The notes below the pieces were generated by a model. That model was not told the DNA's origin, made no database searches, and saw only the letters and a list, made by a program, of their open reading frames with translations. Both the position numbers and the translations under genes were made by a program. Shown here in pieces: positions 53,588-64,000 of a DNA stretch of 64,000 bases (position 1 is the first letter of the stretch; each line of letters opens with the position of its first letter). Location: positions 68,271,904 to 68,335,903 of the forward strand of contig NC_068984.1 of NCBI RefSeq assembly GCF_001194135.2, read 5' to 3'. Origin of the DNA: Octopus bimaculoides (lineage: Eukaryota).

Positions 53588-54178
53588 CTACAAAGTGACA
53601 CTGAGGTACAAAGCTCAATATACTCATCATGACTGCCTGTCTGATAAGGGTACACAAGGCACATGTATCATAACCATATGTGCGTGACATGATGATTCCA
53701 TATCAAGATAAACAGAAGCATGGCCTTGCAGGTGGAGCCCAGTTGAGTAGTCCGTCTCACTCAGGGGTTGTTTAAGGATGTTGGACAAAACACCCATGTT
53801 TCCAGAGGTGAATTATCCAAACCCCAAAGAATTCCTCTCAACCCATGACTATGATGCTCTCCCACTACTGCTCATGATCAGAGATGCATATATCGTCAGC
53901 CACTAAGGGACATGCTCAACTGTTTAAGGTCAAATAACTGACAAACAAATCTGTGGTATTGAGCAGAATATTTGCTGTAACCTGTCTTTTATATCAAGAC
54001 AAAACAAGTACATGATAACACTTCCAATCAGTTAAGATCAGAAGCAATGAGAGCCACTGCCTGGTACTGCATCAGGGCATAGCAGAATAACTGCTGTAGG
54101 CCATCTTCTACACCAAGACAAAACAATGTACATGATAGCACTTCCAATCAGTTAAGGTCAGAATCCATGAGAGCCTAG
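53588..54178 (+). mobile_element. Repeat family F copy with its 3' ~80 bp duplicated (54095-54178)
   Basis: AAGACAAAACAA(T)GTACATGATA.CACTTCCAATCAGTTAAG.TCAGAA occurs twice. Confidence 0.75.
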
Positions 54179-54233
54179 TACTGAATGTGGTATTGATCAG
54201 GCAATCAGATAAGTTTATCATGAAGACACTTAC

Positions 54234-54342
54234 ATAGTGCCTTCCTTTGGTAAAGAAGAGTGGATAATGCTGAAAGATTTGATGACCTCTCTGGTCATGC
54301 TCTCTTCAACTTTCTCAAGTACTACTTGAAGAGAAGCTGTGA
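54234..54342 (-). CDS. Candidate 109-nt internal exon (phase 1 to 2): TASLQVVLEKVEESMTREVIKSFSIIHSSLPKEGT
   Basis: Acceptor ..acctccattttcag; consensus donor TAT|GTAAGT; exactly one open frame with globular composition; no homology recognised. Confidence 0.45.
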
Positions 54343-54839
54343 CTGAAAATGGAGGTAAATTCTATGACAGGTTGATGGGAATGGTAAAATAGGCATGGTT
54401 AAATGGACCTATGTTAACTATATTGCTGTAGGCTGGCATTAGTAACTAAAAGAAGGCAACTATCATTTGTGCATCAGAATAATATTGGAATTTTGTGTGG
54501 GGTTCTTTAAATCCTTAAATCAATCTGTACTGTTGTTTTCTCACCATTTTGAATGTTTTCTTTCTGTTATTTTGCCTTTACTTTTATTGTTTTATTATTG
54601 TGATTTATTGTTACTGTTGATGTTGCTATTTTACTTGGTGTATATCCTCTATTGATTTTTATATTTTTCCCGAACTTATAATGTTCTTAACATTTAAGGC
54701 ATAAAACATTTTAGTGCTAGAAAGAAAATAATTCAGATAGGAGAGGCATGCAAGAAAATAATGACAGCAACAACATTCCATCATCGTTTGCTAACTCTGG
54801 GAAAAAAACAGAATAGCTTGATTTGAACCAATCAAAGAA

Positions 54840-57150
54840 TAGGAAACATTGTGGCTGAGATATGCTACAAAAGATAGTGCCTCCTTACTCAAACAACTTC
54901 GTCATGGAAAAAGCAAGGAGGAAGGTGACGTCCTTGTTTGTAAAAGAAAGAAAAATCAAACACAACCAGATTGGGCTTCCATATATCATCAAAGGAAGAG
55001 CTGAATGGGACCCTGACCAATATATAAAATGTATCCTCCATTGAACAAAATAGGACATATGAAAGTAAGTGCCTGGTTTTTGAAAGCAAGGACAAAGTAT
55101 TGATACAGGTGGAATTGGTATGCTACAAACCTGTTCATAGGTTTGTGTTGCAATAAACAAGACTTTGACAAATCAGAATTACTATCATAAATATTGGCAC
55201 AAACATCAACTCTTTTCCAAAGACAAGCTGCATCAATAAGTAGATGGGTCTTTGGATCTAATGACCTCCTTAAATCTCTAAGATATGTCATAGCTGTTCG
55301 CTACTGAAAGAGAGAATGGCAGTTAGATAGGTGGTGTAGAAGGCCTACTCATTACATGTGTGGTGGTAATAGATACTGAACGGCCATCTGTTTGAAAGAA
55401 GATGGAAGAGAGAAGAAAAGAGAGGGTTACAGATGATGACAGCAGATGAAATGGGAACAAAACAATAACAGAATGTGTGGAAACTTTGCAATCACTATTT
55501 CCAAAGATTTATCACTCACAGATCTGGGAAGTAAGGGAATTGAAGCAAATGAAATCACCTTGTCCTTGGTGCTGCTACATCAGGGAGCCTCTAACAACCC
55601 AGAAACTGAGGAGTTTCCGTCCATAGCACAAAATCGACCAACGACTTTGACTAGTAGTTCTACCCAATTGTCTGGTAATAATAAAGAGAGGGGAATAGAA
55701 AATGATGGTCGAGCAAACGTGAAGAATGGAAGCTAACTGAAAGAAAAAAATGAGATAAAACTCGAAGTGAAGAGAAGAATGATGGTCCTTACGAAAATGC
55801 GTTCACCCTCAGCGTGTGTCTGAAACAGAAATTTATGGTGTTACGAAAACAGAAGAATATTACCAGAAGAAACCAGGAATGTAATGTGTTGACTGACAAA
55901 GGAATGGGGCATTAGTACTAGGACCATGTAGATGATCGAAATTTGATATATACTTATTTTTAACAATACAGAAGAGTTTGTCAATAATTACTTCGCTAGC
56001 GTTGCTAATAACAAAGAAGTACTGAATATGAGAAACAAAACTGAGAAAATATTTACTTAAGAAAAGTTTGTATCCAACACAAACAGCCGCCAGAGGTCTT
56101 TATCTACGAAGTGATAGGGCGAAAAGTAAATATTTCTGCATGGCCAAAGCTACAGTAATTTTCCTTATAATCTTAAAGCAACAACAGGTGCAGCTTGGCT
56201 GATGTGTGGAGCTATATACACCAGCTCAAAGGCTCCCATCGCAACATGGACGGCATAATACGAGAGTTCACAGTGAAGGAAATTTGTGGTGTTTGCCGTT
56301 GGATCATAGTCATAAATGTGGGTCATAACAGGCAGCAGATGAACGCCAAAACAACAATAAACGTTATATTATTGGAAAAGTATGCATGGAAATGCAAGAC
56401 ATAATGATAACTGAATGCCACCGGATCATTGAAGAGCTGTGGTTTTCGTAAATGCAGAAAGAAAAGCAATTAGAGTACAAAACCCAACTGATACACGTGA
56501 AGCAGTAATGATTTTAGAGGGAAAGAACTTGATAAACCGATATAGAGAAAATAGTAACAACAAAATCAACAGGACACAGAAATTCCTTTTCTCAAACCAC
56601 CACCAATTGAATATTCGGAAATTCATCTTTAGTTCTGTTAGTTTTAACCAACAGTAGAAATTCGGCTTCATTATCATGGAACAAAGAGGAGAACAATTAG
56701 ACAGGACTGGTAGATTGTCGGGGACAGTGAAAGTATTATAAATTATATAAAAAAAGAAGAAAAATCCAGAAATTAAGACAAGCTAGAAACCCATCGAGAC
56801 TACTTGAGCTTCAAAGACGTCTGAATGAGCAGCTTTATTCTTAAAGAGATAATGGAAAATACAAAGTTAGACGATAAGGAGGGCGTAATAATTGAAGAAA
56901 CGGAAAGAGTTCAAAAGATACCCACGTGGTAAGCTGTCGATGAAAACCACACGAATAGTTTATCATCACATGAAAAATATCTGCTTTGAGGATGTGGAAC
57001 ACGACTTGCACCACCAAACGCAAAATTTGCTGACGGGCGACTTCAGCTGCACCAGATACCAGGATGGTTGGCTTATAAGTAACAGGAAGAAGTGCTTGCC
57101 AGTGATGGTAGCATCTACAAAACGAATGTCTTTGAGATATTGTGAAAAAT
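54840..57150 (+). mobile_element. Ancient decayed LINE ORF2 (APE - linker - RT), probably RTE-like
   Basis: Scattered resemblances in the expected order: ETLW..HGKSKEEGDV, SKDKVLIQ, LAQTSTLFQR..RWV..LRYVIAVR (APE), MILEGKNLINRYRE (linker), CFEDV..QTQNLL..GWLISNRKKC (RT FADD region); judged by eye only. Confidence 0.35.
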
Positions 57151-57309
57151 ACCTGTTGTTATCAATATTATCATTTGCCTTTTATCCTTTGGAGATCTAT
57201 AAAATAAAGAGCCAGTTGTATAATTGTTATATACTATGGTGGATATTATCAAGCACATGCTCCGCTCAATGTTAGAGCCTTTGTGTCTTAATTTAGAAAT
57301 TATCAATGT

Positions 57310-58500
57310 TATATCTATATTTCGTCCGTCCTTACGGTCTGAGTTCAAATTCCGCCGAGGTCGACTTTGCTTTTCATCCTTTCGGAGACGATGAAATAGT
57401 ATCAGTCACGCACAGGCCTTGTGTCTATAGTAGAAAGGATTATATCTATATTTAAGGCGGTGAGCTGGCAGAGTCGTTAGCGCGTCGAGTAAAATGCTTG
57501 GCGGCGTTTCGCCCGTCTTTTAAGTTCTAAGTATAAATACTACCGAGGTCGACTTTGCCTTTCATCATTTCGAGGTCGATTAGATAAGTACCAGTGGAAC
57601 ACCGAGGCGGGGGTCGATGTAATCGATTATCCCCTTCCCCAAAATTGCTGGCCTTGTGCCAAAATTTGAAACCAATATATATAATACCTATATTTTCCAG
57701 CCTCTTAATCACGCGAGTTCAAATCCGCTGAGGCCAAATTGAATTTCGTTTCTTCAGGATCAATAAAATGTAAGTGCCAGACATGTCCTGAGACTGATAT
57801 AAAACGAATATGAGCCTTCCCTAAAAATCAGTGGTCGTCTGTCTTATCTTACGAATCATTATTACAGCAATATTTTCTGTTTACTTTCTGAGTTTAAATC
57901 TCATAGAGGTCGACTTGCCTTTCATCTTTTCCATAATTGATAAAAATAAACTACGAATCTTGTAATTGGGGTAGATTAATCTATTAATCCTTTTTCACTC
58001 AAATTCCGTTTCGCATGCTCGTCGCTAAGTGGGGTGCACTGGACGGTACTGTCCCCTCTCTATTCAATGGTTCACTCTAGATTTACAGTGACACATTAAT
58101 TTCGAGACTCCACTTTAACATTATTACAAATTAGTACCCACCCAGAATATTTTGAATCACCCTCAGACACCAAAATCTGGCGACAGGTCTGTTGTCTCGT
58201 GTCGAAGAAATAATAATTATATCAATATTTATATTTCCAGCGTAAACATAAGTGGTTCAAATCCCCACCAATCAATTTCCGCATTCATCCCTCTGGGAAA
58301 GGAGGTCGATATAAAGAACCAGTTAGCTACCTAGGCTGATTAAGATCGATATAATCAACTATATCCATCCCTCAAAAGTATGTGATTTAATGTCTAGGTT
58401 ATACATCAATATTATTATAGTTAGTGTTGCGAAGTTCGAATCTCACTGAGGAATGCTTTTGCGTTTCATCCTTCTGGGATTGATATTTTGAAAATATTAG
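57310..58500 (+). mobile_element. Cluster of about 6 same-orientation SINE family B copies retaining CpG
   Basis: Repeated GAGTTCAAAT(T)CC..GAGGTCGACTTTGC.TTTCATC; most complete copy at 57454-57675. Confidence 0.85.
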
Positions 58501-59246
58501 TCAACTCCTAGATATATATTTGAACTATTTACTACCCACCACCACCACCACCGCATCAGTCCTAAAAACAATCAATCTATCTATCTATCTATCTATCTAT
58601 CAGTCTTCTGTCTATCCATTTCTCTATCCATCTATCTCCATCTGTCATCCGTCTCTCTATCTATCTATCTCTCTACCTTTCCATCTTTCCGTCTATCCAG
58701 CTATCTTTCCAGTTCCGTATCTATGTATCTGCCTGTTTGTCTGTCTGTCTGTCTATCTATCTACCTAACTACCGACCTACCTGCCTGCCTATCCACACTG
58801 TCGTTTGAGTGTGTCAAACCACAACGATAGGGTTGGTTGGTTTGCTGTCTGGTTGGTTAGATGGCTCTCGCTTGCCACAGATGCTTGGCACAAACTTCAA
58901 CGATGCCTCTTCGCCTCTGCCAGTTCGAAAATGTCATTGTATTTTGGTGATATTTTATATACTGTATGCAGTCAGTCTCTTTCTCTCTCTCTCTCTCTCT
59001 CTCTCCCCTCGTAACACAGTCTTGTTTGATACCATAACATTCATACACGGCATACATATACATACATACACACATATACATAGATCCATAAATGTATATA
59101 TGCATATACATAAATTTAAACATACATACAAGTGTACACGCATGTATACGTATATATATACATAAGTACGCACGTATACATATAAACATACATATACAAA
59201 TACACAAGCACACCACTATTATACATATATACATGAAATATATGTA

Positions 59247-59360
59247 TATACACATACGTAGGTTCATACGTGTATATATACATACGTAGGTTCATAGGTG
59301 TATACGCATATGTAGGTTCATATAGGTATATACACATACGTAGCTTCATACATAGATACA
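59247..59360. repeat. 26-28-bp minisatellite x4 (CATACGTAGGTTCATA.GTGTATA)
   Basis: CATA(C/T)GTAG(G/C)TTCATA at 59253, 59281, 59307 and 59335. Confidence 0.85.
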
Positions 59361-59403
59361 CACTCCTTCGTCTTCCCTTCTCTCTCTCTCTCCCTTTCAC
59401 TAT

Positions 59404-59449
<46 letters not shown>

Positions 59450-60046
59450 GTATATCTATATATGTTCATGTATGTATGTACGTATGTATGTATATGCATT
59501 TATGTGAACATACCTACATGTAAGCATGTCTGTAGGCACATGTACATAAGCATGTATGTATTTACGTATCTATATATATGTATAAGTATAGATGTACCTA
59601 GGTATACAAATTCGCACTATTTATTTATTGGTTTATTTATTCTCGCCATACACAAACACACACTACACTGACGCGTGAGTACAGTGCTGCTCATGGAAGA
59701 CCGAGTTTGCTATTATTATATAAACTGACTATTGTCGACAAATGTTCAGTCACACTAACAGCATCTGCAGTTTCCGAAAATGGTAACAAACTTCACCAAT
59801 AATGTTGCATTTTTTTAAAATGAATATATATGCACATATATATAAAATGTATGCATGTATGTATGCATGTATGTGTGCGTGTGTGTATGTATGTATGTTT
59901 GTGTGTATGTTTGTATGTATGTGCGTGGTTGTTAATGCCGTGGACTTCATTTTGCGCACTTGTATCTATGCTTTATCGCTTGTTTTTATTTCTTTTCGTT
60001 TGTCTTGTTTTGTATATATTTATTTTTATTATTAAATTTATTATTA

Positions 60047-60087
<41 letters not shown>

Positions 60088-60636
60088 TGTTATTGAATCT
60101 TCTATTTTTTGTTACCTTCTTTCAAGGATATAGTCTTGTGTTTTATCGCTATTTCATTCGTGGCATGTAAATTTTTAAAAGAATTTTGTGTTCTTTATTT
60201 CGTCATTCTACGAGGAGATTAAGAGAGAGAGAGAGAGAGANNNNNNNNNNNNNNNNNNNNNNNNNNNNNNNNNNNNNNNNNNNNNNNNNNNNNNNNNNNN
60301 NNNNNNNNNNNNNNNNNNNNNNNNNNNNNNNNNNNNNNNNNNNNNNNNNNNNNNNNNNNNNNNNNNNNNNNNNNNNNNNNNNNNNNNNNNNNNNNNNNNN
60401 NNNNNNNNNNNNNNNNNNNNNNNNNNNNNNNNNNNNNNNNNNNNNNNNNNNNNNNNNNNNNNNNNNNNNNNNNNNNNNNNNNNNNNNNNNNNNNNNNNNN
60501 NNNNNNNNNNNNNNNNNNNNNNNNNNNNNNNNNNNNNNNNNNNNNNNNNNNNNNNNNNNNNNNNNNNNNNNNNNNNNNNNNNNNNNNNNNNNNNNNNNNN
60601 NNNNNNNNNNNNNNNNNNNNNNNNNNNNNNNNNNNN

Positions 60637-60724
<88 letters not shown>

Positions 60725-61258
60725 GAGAGAGAAACAGATATGCATGTTTTGTGAGTGAGTATATAAATATGAGTGTGCATGTGTATACATACGCACATAC
60801 ATACATATATACATGCATGCATACATTCATACTATATTGAAAGATTTCGATTTTTGGGGAAAAAAAGTAGAGTAAGATAATAATAAGTATAGAAATATAG
60901 TATAGAAATCCAAGGAAGACCAAATCAACAAAGCGTAAATATCAAAACATAACAGCGCCAACTACATCGTATAACAGCGGCAATAAAAACAATAATAGTA
61001 ATAACAATATAACAGCAGCAAATATTGATGCAGTTCTTGTGTTAAACGCAATGCCTCTTACATTCTTTCAATCCTTGTCACTAGAGCACCGGTTCGTTTT
61101 AACGCTTTCCTTATTTCCTCTTTCAGTCTGGCTGACTGCCCGTCTCTCACCTCTGTGCGTGCGTGTGTGATGTTTGCGCATACTCACATACACAAATACA
61201 CGCTTAAATATATGCACACGCATAGACACAAGCATGCATACATACATACATGTGTATG

Positions 61259-61303
<45 letters not shown>

Positions 61304-61801
61304 GGTGTGAGTTAGGGGTTGGTTCTGTTTACAAAGGAAAAGGAAACGTACTCAATATATTTATCAGTTGAAGATGTTGATTCATTCACGGTGCTGCAAC
61401 TCTCAGCTTTGCAAGCACCACGTGCGTTCAAATCAGGCAACACGAAAATGAATGATATATATACGTACACACACACACGTACATACATACATACATACAT
61501 ACATACAAACATACATACATACATGCATACATACATAATTTGTAAATTCGTTCAAGGAAAATAAAAAAAAGGATAACAAAAAACAAAAACACGGTTCTGC
61601 TTCTTGAAATTCTTCAAATGATTAAGGAGTATTTTGTGTTAAGAGATAGAAAACGAACAACAAAACAAAACCAGCAAGTAGCACTTTTTAATCGAATGCC
61701 TTCACATCTATCTATCTATCTATCTTTTCAACTCCATGCCTATCAATATCGATATATTTAGCGGTTCGATCATTCACATATCTATCTTTAAGCAATCTCT
61801 T

Positions 61802-61833
<32 letters not shown>

Positions 61834-63429
61834 NNNNNNNNNNNNNNNNNNNNNNNNNNNNNNNNNNNNNNNNNNNNNNNNNNNNNNNNNNNNNNNNNNN
61901 NNNNNNNNNNNNNNNNNNNNNNNNNNNNNNNNNNNNNNNNNNNNNNNNNNNNNNNNNNNNNNNNNNNNNNNNNNNNNNNNNNNNNNNNNNNNNNNNNNNN
62001 NNNNNNNNNNNNNNNNNNNNNNNNNNNNNNNNNNNNNNNNNNNNNNNNNNNNNNNNNNNNNNNNNNNNNNNNNNNNNNNNNNNNNNNNNNNNNNNNNNNN
62101 NNNNNNNNNNNNNNNNNNNNNNNNNNNNNNNNNNNNNNNNNNNNNNNNNNNNNNNNNNNNNNNNNNNNNNNNNNNNNNNNNNNNNNNNNNNNNNNNNNNN
62201 NNNNNNNNNNNNNNNNNNNNNNNNNNNNNNNNNNNNNNNNNNNNNNNNNNNNNNNNNNNNNNNNNNNNNNNNNNNNNNNNNNNNNNNNNNNNNNNNNNNN
62301 NNNNNNNNNNNNNNNNNNNNNNNNNNNNNNNNNNNNNNNNNNNNNNNNNNNNNNNNNNNNNNNNNNNNNNNNNNNNNNNNNNNNNNNNNNNNNNNNNNNN
62401 NNNNNNNNNNNNNNNNNNNNNNNNNNNNNNNNNNNNNNNNNNNNNNNNNNNNNNNNNNNNNNNNNNNNNNNNNNNNNNNNNNNNNNNNNNNNNNNNNNNN
62501 NNNNNNNNNNNNNNNNNNNNNNNNNNNNNNNNNNNNNNNNNNNNNNNNNNNNNNNNNNNNNNNNNNNNNNNNNNNNNNNNNNNNNNNNNNNNNNNNNNNN
62601 NNNNNNNNNNNNNNNNNNNNNNNNNNNNNNNNNNNNNNNNNNNNNNNNNNNNNNNNNNNNNNNNNNNNNNNNNNNNNNNNNNNNNNNNNNNNNNNNNNNN
62701 NNNNNNTGAATGTCTCTCGTATATATATATACTATCGGTTACTTTACTTTACGCTTATGCAATAAGTCTTAAGTTAGTTAGAAATTCTCGATTTTATCAA
62801 AGCGATACTACTATCTTTACGCCTTTATCGTTTATATCTTATATTTCGTGTGTTCTTTATTGAAATAAAATTTTGCTCGGTATGATATACTCAATATTCT
62901 TAAACCGAATTTCGAAACTGTAATACATACATATATACATACATACATACATACATACATACATACATACATACATACATACATACATACATACATACAT
63001 ACAAACAAACAGACAGACAGACATACAAACAGACAGACATATACATATATTCATTCACTCATTCAAAATCTCAACACATTCATTAAATATAAGGGAAATT
63101 ATCTCAAAGGGTGGGGGTCTTGGAAATTTTTTTTTAAATTTACTTTTTTTTGGCGATATGGTGGTGAAGCATGTATTGGGAGCTGTTTAATTTAAGTACC
63201 TGATTATTCTTTTTGTTTTTGTTTTGTTGTTGTACAGTTTAAGAAGCACGGGCACGTGTGCGTGTGCGTGTGTATCAGAGAAAGAGAGATGGTATTTAAG
63301 ATATATCTTTTTTATTCCCTCATTGTTTTTTTTTTTTTCAAAATCATTTCATTTCTAAACGATTCGATGTGAATGCAAATTCTCCTATTTTTCTATCATC
63401 ATAATCATTATTATTATCATTATTATTTT

Positions 63430-63596
63430 TTGCGGCATTTCACCCATCTTTATGTTTTGTGTTCAAATTCCGCTGAGGTCGGCTTTGCTTTCGGGGTCGA
63501 TAAATTAAGTACCAGTGAAACACTGGGGTCGATATGATCGACTAGTCCCCTACCACTAAATCTGAGGCTTTGTGCCTCCAGTAGAAACGATTATTA

Positions 63597-63600
<4 letters not shown>
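63430..63600 (+). mobile_element. SINE family B
   Basis: GTTCAAATTCCGCTGAGGTCGGCTTTGC..CGGGGTCGATAAATTAAGTACCAG..GGGGTCGAT..TTGTGCCTCCAGTAGAAACG then (ATT)n. Confidence 0.85.
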
Positions 63601-63655
<55 letters not shown>

Positions 63656-64000
63656 TATACTGCTGTTCGTACACACTCTAACTCATCTTCCGCTGTCGAT
63701 TTTGTGGTAATTAAAGATGTCATCATCATAATTGTTTTTGTTTTTTTTTCCATTAATATTAGTAATAATCTTTGTTTCAAATTTTGGCACAAGGAAGGTG
63801 CCACCGGCATTATTATTATTATTATTATTATTAATAATAATAATAATGATGATAATAATAATAATAACTCGTTTTTTCCCCGACACCGCATAATTCGCAT
63901 TCCGCCGCCCCCACCCTACCCCAGGCGCACACATCATACCACACACATACAAACACGCGCACGCACACACACACACATACGCAGACACGCGCAAACATTC

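Noticed and set aside
55131-55303. Minus-strand first coding exon MTYLRDLRRSLDPKTHLLIDAACLWKRV..
   Set aside because: It has a good acceptor, but the plus strand here resembles a LINE endonuclease (TSTLFQ..RW..YVIAVR) and the best donor is out of phase with the next candidate exon; not supportable.

Overview
AT-rich, microsatellite-saturated eukaryotic draft scaffold with 13 N-gaps. The repeat content looks like a coleoid cephalopod, probably Octopus; this is inference from the repeat families, not proven. The window is intronic/intergenic. It contains dozens of tRNA-derived SINE copies (three families, labelled A, B and E here), decayed RTE-clade and R4/Dong-clade non-LTR retrotransposon fragments, a Tc1/mariner end, MITEs and minisatellites. 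I found no recognisable protein-coding gene, rRNA, tRNA gene or CRISPR array, only a few low-confidence spliced exon candidates. I did not find a clear new multi-gene system. The best second-look items are: (1) a near-identical inverted copy of an RTE tail plus 150 bp of flank 29 kb away, with a chimeric structure (3' transduction or templated repair); (2) an RTE insertion with twin-priming-type 5' inversion; (3) a sharp CpG-depletion boundary near 55.6 kb, visible within one SINE family; (4) three different R4/Dong ends stacked in one (AAT)n tract; (5) a 730-bp tail-to-tail SINE hairpin. Repeat boundaries were read by eye and are approximate to within about 10-30 bp.
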